This document shows, piece by piece, positions 1-10,014 of a DNA stretch of 64,000 nucleotides. The position numbers and the translations under genes are program-made. The first letter of the stretch is position 1. The number at the start of each line of letters is the position of its first letter. A model generated the notes under the pieces. That model was not told the origin of the DNA, did not search any database, and saw only the letters and a program-made list of their open reading frames with translations. The stretch comes from Armatimonadota bacterium (GTDB taxonomy: Bacteria > Armatimonadota > UBA5829 > DSUL01): NCBI GenBank assembly GCA_039811685.1, contig JBDHZC010000001.1, positions 416,001 through 480,000 of the forward strand. Direction: 5' to 3'.

Positions 1-2
1 CT

Positions 3-1178
3 ATGCGCGATCGGATAAAAGCAATTCAGCGGCTCGCTCAGCGCCAGAAGGTGTTCACGGTAGAGCAGGTGGACCAAGATATCGTGGGCATTGCATTGGA
101 AGGCGGAGACGCGGTGGCTCATGTGTTTTTCATTCGGGCCGGGCGGCTTGTGGGGAGAGACAATTTTGTCCTGGATTCAGGCGACGATGAAAGCCCCGCC
201 GAGATTCTCAGCCAGTTTCTAAAGCAGTACTATGAGGGCGCGGCTGCTATCCCGTCCGAGATATTGCTCCCCGAAGAGCCAGCCGACCGTGAGGCTATCC
301 TGACATGGCTCGGAGAAAAGCGAGGAAAACCGGTCCGTCTGAGCGTCCCGCAGCGTGGGGAGAAAAAACGTCTGGTGAGTATGGTGGTGGAAAATGCTCA
401 GACGTCTCTTGAACAACTGAAGAAGCGTGGCGCTACAGGACGATCCCGCAGTGAGAACGCTGTGCTCGAGCTGGGAGACGCACTCGACATGGAAGTACCG
501 CCTGTTCGAATTGAGTGTTTTGACATCTCTAATCTGCAGGGCGGATACACCGTGGCCTCCATGACGGTCTTTGAAAATGGGACCCCGGCTAAGTCTCAGT
601 ACCGGCACTTCCGCATTAAGACAGTAGAAGGCCAGGACGATTTTGCCAGCATGCGAGAAGTAATTGGCAGACGTCTTGCACGAGCCAAGCAGGGTGACGA
701 AAGGTTTTCGGACCGCCCGGACCTGATGATCATCGACGGAGGCAAAGGACAGCTGAGCGCCGCCCTTGAGGCAGTTCATGCGGCTGAGGAAGAAGGCCTG
801 ACTGTGGTGTCTCTGGCAAAGCGGGAAGAGGAGATATTCGTTCCGGATCGGCCACTTCCCATTCGCCTGGACAAAAGGAGCCAGGCCTTGCACCTCGTGC
901 AACACATCCGGGATGAAGCCCACCGTTTTGCTATCACCTATCACCGGCGTCTGCGCGGTAAAGGCAGCCTCAAATCGGAGCTCGATAATGTCCCGGGCAT
1001 CGGGCAAGTCCGGCGCAGAGAACTCATTAAGCACTTCGGCTCTGTCGCTCAACTAAGAGATGCAACACTTGAAGACATAGCTGCGGCGCCCAGTATGAAT
1101 GCGACTGCGGCGCAGCGGTTATATGAACATTTGCACGGAGAGGACATTGAACACAAGCCAGAACCCATCCCATCCTGA
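3..1178 (+). CDS. uvrC: Excinuclease ABC subunit C (5'-truncated by window edge)
   Basis: RIECFDISN, DDFASM, DGGKGQL, RDEAHRFAI and a C-terminal HhH (VPGIG). The N-terminal GIY-YIG part lies before the window. Confidence 0.97.
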   Translation: MRDRIKAIQRLAQRQKVFTVEQVDQDIVGIALEGGDAVAHVFFIRAGRLVGRDNFVLDSGDDESPAEILSQFLKQYYEGAAAIPSEILLPEEPADREAILTWLGEKRGKPVRLSVPQRGEKKRLVSMVVENAQTSLEQLKKRGATGRSRSENAVLELGDALDMEVPPVRIECFDISNLQGGYTVASMTVFENGTPAKSQYRHFRIKTVEGQDDFASMREVIGRRLARAKQGDERFSDRPDLMIIDGGKGQLSAALEAVHAAEEEGLTVVSLAKREEEIFVPDRPLPIRLDKRSQALHLVQHIRDEAHRFAITYHRRLRGKGSLKSELDNVPGIGQVRRRELIKHFGSVAQLRDATLEDIAAAPSMNATAAQRLYEHLHGEDIEHKPEPIPS

Positions 1179-1713
1179 CTTCACTTACAGCTTTTACGAC
1201 ACGCCATGGGGGCGCGGACTTGCGGCGGCGGACAGCACGAATCGCGCCGTGCGAATCTATCTCCCGGCAGAACCAGAAGAGCGCCTCTTCGCCCGTCTTG
1301 TCAGTGAGCTTGCGACCTCAGACGTCGTTGAAGGGGGCCCGGTGTGTGACGCGATGGCAGAGGAGCTGACCCGATATTTTAATGGAGAGAAAGTTGCCTT
1401 TTCCAGCCCGCTGAATCTCGACAACCTAACGGCTTTCCAGCGCAGAGTCGCAACAGCAACCGCCGAAATTCCGTATGGATCTGTAGACACTTACGGGCAT
1501 CTCGCCCAGAAAGCCGGAAGCCCGCTGGCTTTTCGGGCCGTCGGACAGGTAATGGCGAAAAACAACCTACCAATCGTCATACCGTGCCACAGAGTGATGG
1601 GGCATAGCGGCGGCCTTGGCGGCTTTGCGTGTGGTCTGGAGTGGAAGGTTCGTCTGCTGGAACTGGAAGGCTACGAAGGCTTGCGTCCGGCACTGAAGCG
1701 CAAGTACGGATGA
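1147..1713 (+). CDS. ogt: Methylated-DNA--protein-cysteine methyltransferase
   Basis: IPCHRV active site, IPYG..TYG and RAVG motifs. TTG start at 1147 chosen because GGAGAGG lies just upstream; overlaps the uvrC 3' end. Confidence 0.93.
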   Translation: MNTSQNPSHPDFTYSFYDTPWGRGLAAADSTNRAVRIYLPAEPEERLFARLVSELATSDVVEGGPVCDAMAEELTRYFNGEKVAFSSPLNLDNLTAFQRRVATATAEIPYGSVDTYGHLAQKAGSPLAFRAVGQVMAKNNLPIVIPCHRVMGHSGGLGGFACGLEWKVRLLELEGYEGLRPALKRKYG

Positions 1714-1803
1714 GTCGCAGGGTTCGCCGCCCCCCAGCCTCTCAAAGCCCTTCCTTTTGTTTTTGACTTCTCTTGTTGAGCAGACGCGCAAGAAACGTGA
1801 AAC

Positions 1804-1812
1804 TGCTATAAT
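1804..1812 (+). promoter_or_regulatory. Extended -10 promoter (TGcTATAAT)
   Basis: Consensus TGnTATAAT 9 nt upstream of ATG 1822, with no SD in between. Confidence 0.6.
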
Positions 1813-1821
1813 TGGCCCGGC

Positions 1822-2184
1822 ATGAATCTGATAATTAGATGGATTGTTCACGCAGTCATCCTGTGGATCGTCGTCGGAATCGGTATGGCGCTCGGACTCG
1901 GTGTAAAGCTGGACGGTTGGGTGAGCGCCTTTGTTGTGGTGTTCCTTCTCGCGCTCGCTAATGCCATTGTGCGCCCAGTTGTGCAGCTCTTTCTCTGGCC
2001 GCTGAACTGTCTCACTTTCGGGCTGTTCGGATTTCTGATCAGTGTGCTTCTCATCCTGTTTCTAAACTGGGTCGTGCCAGGCTTTCACGCGGGAGGCTTT
2101 GTCGGGGCTGTGTATCTGGCAGTTGGGCTCAGCGTGCTTGGAGGACTGGCGAACAGCGTTTTGAAATTCAGTCGGGAGGACTGA
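1822..2184 (+). CDS. YvlD/DUF360-like 4-TM membrane protein ('phage holin family')
   Basis: LANAIVRPVVQLFLWPLNCLTFGLFGFLI signature; hydrophobic; typical chromosomal position before rapZ. Confidence 0.85.
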   Translation: MNLIIRWIVHAVILWIVVGIGMALGLGVKLDGWVSAFVVVFLLALANAIVRPVVQLFLWPLNCLTFGLFGFLISVLLILFLNWVVPGFHAGGFVGAVYLAVGLSVLGGLANSVLKFSRED

Positions 2185-3069
2185 GTGCCCAAAGAACTGG
2201 TGATCATCACGGGCCTGTCTGGCGCTGGAAAGAGCCTCGCCAGCCACGTCTTTGAAGACCTCAAATACTACTGTATTGACAATATCCCGCCGAATCTGAT
2301 GCCGGATGCAGCCAGGCTCTGGCACGACTCCAATACAGATGCGACCGGCCTCGCCTTTGTCGTGGACACCCGTTCCGGCGATCTCTTCGAACGCTTCGTT
2401 GAGACTTTTGACGAGATGAAATCCGTCCCGGTAAACGGTTTTTCACGTCCAAAAGTCCTTTTTCTGGACGCAAGCGACGATGTCCTCATCAAGCGCTTCA
2501 AAGAAACCCGGCGGCGGCACCCGCTTGTAACCGACACGCGGGGGATCATAGAGAGTATCAACTACGAGCGAAACCTGCTGATGCCGCTGCGCGAACGCGC
2601 GGACAAAGTCATTGACACGTCCAATCTGGAGCCCATATCACTGCGCAAAGCCATCGAGAGTAACTTCTCGACGCAAAGACCTGCAGAGGCTCTGGTTATT
2701 ACTGTGGTCTCGTTCGGGTTCAAGCACGGCATTCCACTTGATGCGGATCTGGTCTTCGACGTAAGGTTTCTTACAAATCCGCATTACGTTGAGCAGCTTC
2801 AGCCGTACGACGGCAACTCTCAGCCCGTACGCCAGTACGTTTTGTCAGACCCTCTGAGCGAGCCTCTAATGGAGAAGCTGTTCGATCTGGTCGAGTTCAG
2901 CATCCCTCAGTATGCCCGTGAAGGAAAGGCCTATCTCACCATCGCCATAGGTTGCACTGGTGGACGGCACAGATCCGTCGTCCTTGCCAATGAACTGGCG
3001 AGATTTCTTGAGAATCTGAACTACACGGTCATTGTGGAGCATAGAGACATTGGCCTCGGAAAGAAGTGA
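2185..3069 (+). CDS. rapZ: RNase adapter RapZ/YvcJ P-loop protein
   Basis: ITGLSGAGKS, ETRRRHPL, SFGFKHG, DVRFL.NP, GCTGGRHRSV. Confidence 0.96.
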   Translation: MPKELVIITGLSGAGKSLASHVFEDLKYYCIDNIPPNLMPDAARLWHDSNTDATGLAFVVDTRSGDLFERFVETFDEMKSVPVNGFSRPKVLFLDASDDVLIKRFKETRRRHPLVTDTRGIIESINYERNLLMPLRERADKVIDTSNLEPISLRKAIESNFSTQRPAEALVITVVSFGFKHGIPLDADLVFDVRFLTNPHYVEQLQPYDGNSQPVRQYVLSDPLSEPLMEKLFDLVEFSIPQYAREGKAYLTIAIGCTGGRHRSVVLANELARFLENLNYTVIVEHRDIGLGKK

Positions 3070-4426
3070 GACTGCCAGATCGAGCCCCGTAGCCACGATC
3101 AAGAGCGCTCTGAAGTGGCTGTACCCCGGCATGCGCGTCAAGCGCTGGCTACTGCTGGTACCGGTTGGCCTGGCGATCATAGTGCTGGGTGTAGGCGTAT
3201 TCACAAACATGCGCCTGTTCGACTACATGCAGATTCTCAACGAACTCGCGCGACAGGCGTTTCTGCGCTTTGGCATCGAGCTGTACATGCCGAGCGTCTA
3301 TGTACCGTTCGCCATCGCATGTGTTCTGATCGGTCTCTTGCTTGTGTTTATCAGCATCAAGCAGATCGTCGGCTCCATTACCTCAGCAGTCGCGAGTGTG
3401 GATAAGGGTCGTCTGGCGGATGTTGTCTTTCAGAAGCGCTACCTGGCCCAGGGGTACAGACTGGTGACAATCGGCGGCGGGACAGGGCTTTCCACGCTGT
3501 TGCGCGGTCTGAAGTCATACACGAGCAACATCACAGCAATTGTGACGGTGACGGACGACGGAGGGTCGAGCGGCGCGCTTACCAGGCAGTTCGGAATGTT
3601 GCCACCGGGGGATATTCGCAACTGCCTTGTCGCTCTTGCGGACTCTGAAACTTTGATGACCGAACTCCTTCAGTACCGCTTCAACGGCTCTAATCCGCCG
3701 TCGGGAGTGAGCCTGGAGGGTCACTCTTTCGGAAATCTGCTGTTGATGGCGATGACTAACGTGACGGGGGACTTCGAGTTAGCGGTTAAAGAGACCAGCC
3801 GCGTACTCGCGATTCGAGGAAGCGTGCTGCCGTCAACGACTCAGAGTGTGTCGCTCCTGGCGGAAATGGAAACCGGGGAGTTGGTGGAAGGTGAGACGAA
3901 CATCCTCCATCATCCGAGCCCAATCCACAATATCTATCTCAATCCCCCGCAGGTAAAGCCGCTCCAGGAAGCCATGGAAGCGATCAAGGCCGCCGATGCC
4001 ATCATCCTGGGTCCGGGGAGCGTTTACACCAGCATTGTCCCCAACTTGCTTGTTGAAGGAATCGCCGAGGCGCTGCATGATGCCAGGGCGCTGAAGATTT
4101 ATGTGTGCAATGTCATGACTCAGCCAGGCGAGACGGATGGATTTACCGCCTCGGACCATGTGCGTGCGCTGCAGCGCCACGCACACACGTCGATTTTCGA
4201 TTACGTGCTGATGAACAACGAAGAGCCTTCGCCTGAGCTGCTTGAACGCTATCGAACCACAGGCGCTGAGCTGGTGAGGGCGGATGTGGACGTCGTAAAG
4301 AGCATGGGATATCACCCGATTGTCGCGAATCTAATCAGCCAGACTGACGTTGTGCGCCACTCCCCTGACGATCTGGCTGCGGCATTGATGCGTCTGGTGT
4401 TTGACCGCGGAGGTATGCGAAGCTGA
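3050..4426 (+). CDS. yvcK: YvcK/GlmR-family UDP-sugar-binding protein with N-terminal TM segments
   Basis: IGGGTGLSTLLRGLK, DDGGSSG, PPGDIRNC, GHSFGNL, GPGSVYTS. Start uncertain (TTG 3050 after GGAG, or ATG 3131). Confidence 0.93.
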   Translation: MASERSETARSSPVATIKSALKWLYPGMRVKRWLLLVPVGLAIIVLGVGVFTNMRLFDYMQILNELARQAFLRFGIELYMPSVYVPFAIACVLIGLLLVFISIKQIVGSITSAVASVDKGRLADVVFQKRYLAQGYRLVTIGGGTGLSTLLRGLKSYTSNITAIVTVTDDGGSSGALTRQFGMLPPGDIRNCLVALADSETLMTELLQYRFNGSNPPSGVSLEGHSFGNLLLMAMTNVTGDFELAVKETSRVLAIRGSVLPSTTQSVSLLAEMETGELVEGETNILHHPSPIHNIYLNPPQVKPLQEAMEAIKAADAIILGPGSVYTSIVPNLLVEGIAEALHDARALKIYVCNVMTQPGETDGFTASDHVRALQRHAHTSIFDYVLMNNEEPSPELLERYRTTGAELVRADVDVVKSMGYHPIVANLISQTDVVRHSPDDLAAALMRLVFDRGGMRS

Positions 4427-5016
4427 CGCGTGTGGTCTTGGCATCGGCGTCTCCACGCAGGCGCGAGCTTCTTTCCGCTCTTTTTGACACGTTTGAAGTC
4501 ATTGTCAGCAACGTGGACGAAGAGGCGCTCTTTGTAACTCCAGCTGAAGAAGGGGCGCAGCGTGTAGCGAAAGCCAAAGCGCTGGAAGTCGCCAGAATTG
4601 CTCCAGAAGCGCTCGTAATTGCGGCGGACACGGCGGTCGTCGTTGACAGCGCTGTGCTTCAGAAACCCGCAGATGCGAAGGATGCGAGGCGGATGCTGCG
4701 TATGCTCAGCGGACGGACTCATAAGGTTGTAACGGCGGTCGCAGTAGCATTTCAAGGCCGCTGCCACACTGCAGTGGAGATGACCGAAGTGGATTTCGCC
4801 CGTATGACTGACGAGCAGATCAGAAGATATGTGGCCACAGGAGAACCAATGGACAAAGCTGGCGCCTACGGTATCCAGGGCCGGGCTTCAATCTTCATCA
4901 CCGGTATCCGCGGCTGCTACTTCAACGTCGTAGGACTGCCCCTCCACCGGCTGGGAGTCCTCCTTGAGGAGCAAGGCCTTGATATCTGGAAGGGCCAGCC
5001 CGGAGAGAGAAGTTGA
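4423..5016 (+). CDS. maf: Maf-family nucleoside-triphosphate pyrophosphatase
   Basis: LASASPRR, IAADT, LSGRTH, DKAGAYGIQG, NVVGLP. Start is either GTG 4432 or, more likely, CTG 4423 (see findings). Confidence 0.95.
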   Translation: MTRVVLASASPRRRELLSALFDTFEVIVSNVDEEALFVTPAEEGAQRVAKAKALEVARIAPEALVIAADTAVVVDSAVLQKPADAKDARRMLRMLSGRTHKVVTAVAVAFQGRCHTAVEMTEVDFARMTDEQIRRYVATGEPMDKAGAYGIQGRASIFITGIRGCYFNVVGLPLHRLGVLLEEQGLDIWKGQPGERS

Positions 5017-6584
5017 GCCGCGGCTACTTGCTGGTTCACGATCTGGGAACGACGGCCAATAAAGCCGCTCTCTTTGATGAGAATGGGAGACTGGTCGCGT
5101 CAGCCAGCGCTGCCTACGCCACACACCACACCCGGGATGGTGGGGCGGAACAGAACCCGCAAGACTGGTTGGCAGCCGTTTGCTCTGCCACACGTGAAGT
5201 TGTGGCCCGCAGCCGTATTGAAGCCAAGAAGATTGAAGGCATTTCTCTCAGCGGGCATATGATGGGAGTGGTGGCGCTAGGCATGGACGCTGCGCCTTTG
5301 CGCCCTGCCATTCTCCATAGTGACATACGCTCATCACCTCAAGCCAGGGCCATTGCCACGCGCATTTCTTCGGAACAGGCGTATAACATCAGCGGCAACC
5401 CGCTGGATGTCCACTACCCTCTGAGCAAGCTCGCATGGCTGCGCGAGAATGAACCAGATACCTACAACTCGGCAGTGAACTTCGTCCAGAGCAAAGACTT
5501 CGTCAGCGCCTGGTTGACCGATGAGAAAAGTGGCCGCAACGTCCAAACAGACTTCTCGGACGCCTCCCTTTACGGGTGTTTTGACTTTGAATCTCTGGCC
5601 TGGAGCCCTGCCCTTTGTGACGCTGCAAGCCTGGCCATGGACAAGCTGCCACCTATCGTCGAGGTCGGTTGCCTTCTGGGGAGTCTGAGCAAGAAAGCAG
5701 CGCAGGAGATGCACATTGTCGCAGGCACTCCTGTTTATAGCGGCTTTGGAGACGGCGCCGCGGCGGCCCTTGGCGCCGATGCATGGAGCACGGGCGCATG
5801 CTACGGCTACGTTGGAAGCACTTCGTGGATTGCGGCCACGACCGCCAGCCCGTTGATTGATCCGGATAGACGGCTCTTCACACTCGCACTGACTGCGGGG
5901 CGATTCAGTTCAATCGGGACCGTGCAGAGCGCTGGAGCAGCCTGGGAATGGGCCGTTGATCTGTTGTGCGACTCCAGCTTTGACGAGGCGGAAGCTCTGG
6001 CGTCGTCTTCAGTGCCTGGCGCAAACGCACTTGTCTTTCTCCCCTATCTAAGCGGTGAGCGCGCGCCCATCTGGAACGACCGCGCACGAGGCGTTTGGCT
6101 TGGGCTGACAGAATCACACAACCGCGCCGACCTGCTGCGCTCAGTTCTGGACGGAGTATGCGTTGCACTCTCCTGCATACTGGGTGACATCAAACGCTGT
6201 ACGGGTTCTTCATTTGACAGAGTAAAGCTCATCGGTGGAGGGCTGCGCAGCAGTTTGTGGAGACAGGCTCTGACCTCAGCCCTGAACTGCCAAACGGAAG
6301 TGTTCGTCGAGACCTCCGAGGCAACCGCCCGTGGAGCCATGCTTGCGGTAGCGCTTGGCGCCGGGATTGTTTCTGATTTCGACGAAGGTAGCAAGCTCCA
6401 GATGATGCATGGACAGGTCCTTGAACCGGACAAATCGGAGGCTGAGGTGTACAAAGCCATACGGCCGATTTTTGCTTCTGCTTACACCAGTCTGGTCTCC
6501 GTTTTCGACGATCTTGCCTCTGTACGAAGGCAATCACTGACAGAGCCAGGCGGAACAATGGAGGTGACCAGTGCCCCTTTTTGA
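5013..6584 (+). CDS. FGGY-family carbohydrate kinase (xylulokinase-like)
   Basis: HDLGTT..KA, SGHMMG, PAILHSD.R, FLPYLSGERAP, IGGG..S.LW.Q. Confidence 0.88.
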   Translation: MSRGYLLVHDLGTTANKAALFDENGRLVASASAAYATHHTRDGGAEQNPQDWLAAVCSATREVVARSRIEAKKIEGISLSGHMMGVVALGMDAAPLRPAILHSDIRSSPQARAIATRISSEQAYNISGNPLDVHYPLSKLAWLRENEPDTYNSAVNFVQSKDFVSAWLTDEKSGRNVQTDFSDASLYGCFDFESLAWSPALCDAASLAMDKLPPIVEVGCLLGSLSKKAAQEMHIVAGTPVYSGFGDGAAAALGADAWSTGACYGYVGSTSWIAATTASPLIDPDRRLFTLALTAGRFSSIGTVQSAGAAWEWAVDLLCDSSFDEAEALASSSVPGANALVFLPYLSGERAPIWNDRARGVWLGLTESHNRADLLRSVLDGVCVALSCILGDIKRCTGSSFDRVKLIGGGLRSSLWRQALTSALNCQTEVFVETSEATARGAMLAVALGAGIVSDFDEGSKLQMMHGQVLEPDKSEAEVYKAIRPIFASAYTSLVSVFDDLASVRRQSLTEPGGTMEVTSAPF

Positions 6585-6912
6585 CTATCGCTGCGGGGAG
6601 TGCCGCAAGCGCTTCACGATGATGGTCGGCGTCGTAGCAGACAAACGGCCACTTGAGTGTCCTGTTTGCGGGTCGGAAAATCTTACAAAGCTTATCGGAC
6701 GGTTCGGCTCCGTTCGGTCCGAGGATCAAATGCTTGAAGAGCTCTCTGACATCGACAAAGTGGGCGACATGGACGATCCAAAACAGCTTAAGAGGTGGAT
6801 GAAGGAGATGGGAAAGGCCATGGATGAGGACATGGGCGAGGACTTTGAGCAAATGCTGGAAGAAGAAGCTGAAGCTGCGGGCGGAGAGGCCGGAGCTGAC
6901 GCTATCTACTGA
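6571..6912 (+). CDS. FmdB-family zinc-ribbon protein with acidic tail
   Basis: MPLFDYRCGEC...CPVCGS; GGAGG SD upstream. Confidence 0.85.
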   Translation: MPLFDYRCGECRKRFTMMVGVVADKRPLECPVCGSENLTKLIGRFGSVRSEDQMLEELSDIDKVGDMDDPKQLKRWMKEMGKAMDEDMGEDFEQMLEEEAEAAGGEAGADAIY

Positions 6913-7655
6913 GAGCGTTCCTGTTGCTGGGCTGCTGCTTCCGTCAGTCCTTTTGGATCAAAACTCCCTGTAACCTTCAGGAAGCCATCTTGAGTCTCCA
7001 CCGAAGAAAGCCGGATATTCAGCGGTGAATCAGGTGTCGTAAAGACCGGATTGATGAACGGCTCGACCTTTTTCTGGCCCCAGACTGGCACCCCTACTCC
7101 CAGACCGAGAGACTCCACGCGCCTGGGAGTCATCCAGATTTCTCTGTCACCGTGGATAGAGGGTACCCCTTCGACTGAGCCAGATGGTCCGACGCCTCGC
7201 ACAGTGATTTTTCCGGAGACGATGACTGCGTCTTTCCGCACCTGAACCTCCATATCCTGGATGTAGGTCACTTTGTCCGTGAGGAGTCCCGCAAGTTGCT
7301 TGTCGTCAATCCACCCGCTCCACAGGGCCGGGCCGCTATCCTTGATGACCTTCGCGCCCATGTCCACACTCACATTCGTCATCTCGCCTTCAAGGCGCGC
7401 CATACGCGGCAGGCGATCTGGCTTAACGTTCAGAGCAACGATGTGAACGTGCGGGATATAACCGCGTCTAAGTTGTCCCGCAGAGCCTTCCACATCCACA
7501 GTGTACGAATCTGCTGGTCCCAGCATAAGTGGCAGCATCTTGCCGATTTCCTTCTCCGCCCGCCTCTGAGCAATTCCGTTCACACAGCCGGCCGACGAGA
7601 GAACGGCGAGCGTCACGGCCAGAAACTGAATGACTTTGGTTGACTGTTTGAGCAT
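6906..7655 (-). CDS. Secreted or lipoprotein, DUF2993/LmeA-like
   Basis: Signal peptide ending SSAGC; beta-rich body with DUF2993-like spacing. ATG 7655 preferred as start. Confidence 0.55.
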   Translation of the reverse strand: MLKQSTKVIQFLAVTLAVLSSAGCVNGIAQRRAEKEIGKMLPLMLGPADSYTVDVEGSAGQLRRGYIPHVHIVALNVKPDRLPRMARLEGEMTNVSVDMGAKVIKDSGPALWSGWIDDKQLAGLLTDKVTYIQDMEVQVRKDAVIVSGKITVRGVGPSGSVEGVPSIHGDREIWMTPRRVESLGLGVGVPVWGQKKVEPFINPVFTTPDSPLNIRLSSVETQDGFLKVTGSFDPKGLTEAAAQQQERSQ

Positions 7656-7754
7656 AATAGGACCAGCGACACGAGTATTTCGGTCTTCACACAATCAGAC
7701 GCCTGCAAGCGCACTCCGGTTTTCGCAAAGGCAGAGTCTTTGGCAGGCGGCTAT

Positions 7755-7781
7755 GGAATCATTCGACCGCTTGGAAGCGTT
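7755..7781 (+). promoter_or_regulatory. Candidate ECF-sigma promoter for htpX
   Basis: GGAATC-N17-CGTT resembles the ECF GGAAc...CGT architecture and lies upstream of an envelope-stress protease. Confidence 0.4.
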
Positions 7782-7891
7782 TATACCGTTAGCAGACGCA
7801 GCGGCGCAGTGCCGCTTTAGGTCGAGCTTACACCGAAACTGACTCGGGCGGCTACGCGCTGACCGACAAGTGTCAAGGTACAGGCAATAGG

Positions 7892-8779
7892 ATGAATCAG
7901 ATCAAAACTGCAGTTTTGTTGGCCGCAATGATCGGTCTGTTTATGCTGGTTGGAGACCTTCTGGGTGGCCGGCAGGGTATGACAATCGCTTTCTTCTTCG
8001 CGCTCATAATGAATTTCGGCGCATACTGGTTCAGCGACAAGATGGTGCTGGCGATGTACCGCGCTCAGGAAGTGGATCAGAACTCCTATCCGGAGTACTA
8101 CAGCGTCGTGAGTGAGCTTGCGCGTAAAGACAACCTGCCGATGCCGCGGGTCTACGTCATCCCTACAGCAACTCCCAACGCATTCGCAACCGGGCGCAAT
8201 CCGCATCACGCGGCCGTTGCGGCGACACAGGGCATTCTGCAGCTACTCAACAGAGACGAGCTGGCGGGTGTTATGGCACACGAACTCTCACACGTCAAGC
8301 ACCGGGATATACTCATCTCAACGCTGGCGGCGACTATTGCCGGAGCGATTGGCTATCTCGCAATGATGGCGAGATGGTCTATGATTTTTGGTGGATACGG
8401 GCGTTCCAGTGACGACGACAGAGGGGGCGGCAATCTCATCGCTTTGCTGGTGACCGCAATTGTGATGCCAATCGCCGCTTCGTTGATACAGCTTGCGATA
8501 TCTCGCAGCCGGGAGTATCTTGCGGACGAAGGCGGAGCGCAGCTTTCCGGAAATCCGATGGCGCTTGCCAGCGCGCTGGAAAAGCTGGAGCGCGGCGCGG
8601 AAGCCATTCCTATGGATGCTGCCCCGGCTACGGCTCACATGTTTATCGTGAATCCGTTGACTGCGGGAGGCATTGCCGCCTTGTTCCGCACACATCCATC
8701 CACTGAAGACCGCATTGCCAGACTTCAGCAGATGGCCGCCCGAGGGGTCGGCATGACTTCACACGGCATTATCAACTAG
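7892..8779 (+). CDS. htpX: Zinc metalloprotease HtpX (M48)
   Basis: [15 protein letters not shown] (HExxH), [12 protein letters not shown]....RI. Confidence 0.96.
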   Translation: MNQIKTAVLLAAMIGLFMLVGDLLGGRQGMTIAFFFALIMNFGAYWFSDKMVLAMYRAQEVDQNSYPEYYSVVSELARKDNLPMPRVYVIPTATPNAFATGRNPHHAAVAATQGILQLLNRDELAGVMAHELSHVKHRDILISTLAATIAGAIGYLAMMARWSMIFGGYGRSSDDDRGGGNLIALLVTAIVMPIAASLIQLAISRSREYLADEGGAQLSGNPMALASALEKLERGAEAIPMDAAPATAHMFIVNPLTAGGIAALFRTHPSTEDRIARLQQMAARGVGMTSHGIIN

Positions 8780-8829
8780 ATTACTGACGCCCGGCAGGAG
8801 ACTGCGCCGGGTGTAAGGAATTGCAGATT

Positions 8830-8877
8830 AGCTCCGGTTGATTGGCGTGAGTTACCAGGCCAGCCGGAGCTTCTTTG
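8830..8877 (+). terminator. Probable intrinsic terminator after htpX
   Basis: AGCTCCGGTTG...CAGCCGGAGCT stem followed by TCTTTGT; a second hairpin at 8787-8814. Confidence 0.6.
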
Positions 8878-8917
8878 TGACTACCAGATATTATTGTTAC
8901 TCTCGCGCTAGGAATAT

Positions 8918-9985
8918 ATGAAAGTTGGCATAATCGGTAAGCCCGGATCGGGCAAAACAACGCTGTTCCAGGCTATCTCGCGCGGACAGGCTCAGCATTC
9001 GCACACAAAAGAGCCTGTGCACTCCGTCGTTACAGTACCTGACCCCCGCTTTGAGTACTTCGTCGGCCTGTACAACCCCAAGAAGATCAGTCCTGCTACG
9101 ATTGACTTTGTAGATGATATAGCCAGGCTCGGTACCGATAGAGGCAGGGAGTATTCTGACGAAGCGATGGGCGAGCTGCGCACTGCGGATGCCCTCGTTC
9201 TGGTCGTTGACGCTTTTGAAACGTCCCCACCCGACCCGGACAATGTCCAGAGTGAAGTTATGCAGTTCATGGAAGAGCTGACATTTCGAGACTTGATGGT
9301 TCTGGAGAACAGGCTGGAGCGCATTGCCAAACAGCTTCGCGGGCCGCAGGCGGCGCAGAATCTGCGGGTGGAACAACAGGCTGTAGAAAAAATGAAGGCC
9401 GCCTTGGAGCAGGGACAACGGTACTCAGACGTTCAGCTCGACGAGACGGAACGCAAATCACTGGCCGGTTTTCAACTACTGACAGCCAAACCGACAGTCG
9501 TCGCCATCAACGTGGGTGAAGATATTGCCTCTGAAGCCGATGAGCTCTTCTCGGCAACCCTTGGGTACCTCACGTCTATTGGCATCCAGGGGTTCTGCCT
9601 TTCTGCGGACATCGAAAAGGAGATATCTGAGCTGGAGGAGGCTGACCAGAAGGAGTATCTTGCTGGACTGGGCATTTCAGAGCCTGTCGCCGACAAGATG
9701 ATTCGCGCCATCTACTCAAGCTGCAGGCTCATTACTTTTTTCACTGTGAGCGAAAAAGAGGTGCACGCGTGGCCGCTGCGCACAGGCAGCACAGCTCTTG
9801 AGGCGGCGGACAGCATTCACTCCGACCTTGCCAGGGGGTTCATCCGGGCGGAGGTGGTGTCATGGGAAGATATCCGCGAGGCTGAAGGCTGGGATCCCGC
9901 CAAGGCTGCAGGAAAGCTGAAACTTGTCGGCAAAGAGCACATCATAGAAGATGGCGACTCGCTGTTCATTCGTTTCAAGGTCTAG
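8918..9985 (+). CDS. YchF/Obg-like P-loop NTPase paralog with C-terminal DUF933/TGS domain
   Basis: GKPGSGKTT, VPDPR, LLTAKP, LITFFTV, IHSDLARGFIRAEV, EDGD; G2/G3 motifs are atypical. Confidence 0.85.
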   Translation: MKVGIIGKPGSGKTTLFQAISRGQAQHSHTKEPVHSVVTVPDPRFEYFVGLYNPKKISPATIDFVDDIARLGTDRGREYSDEAMGELRTADALVLVVDAFETSPPDPDNVQSEVMQFMEELTFRDLMVLENRLERIAKQLRGPQAAQNLRVEQQAVEKMKAALEQGQRYSDVQLDETERKSLAGFQLLTAKPTVVAINVGEDIASEADELFSATLGYLTSIGIQGFCLSADIEKEISELEEADQKEYLAGLGISEPVADKMIRAIYSSCRLITFFTVSEKEVHAWPLRTGSTALEAADSIHSDLARGFIRAEVVSWEDIREAEGWDPAKAAGKLKLVGKEHIIEDGDSLFIRFKV

Positions 9986-10014
9986 CGTAACCTGGTCGCT
10001 TCTCAGGAGGATTT

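Noticed and set aside
1822..2184. 'Phage holin' as a sign of prophage
   Set aside because: YvlD-type gene in its usual uvr/rapZ chromosomal context; no phage genes nearby.
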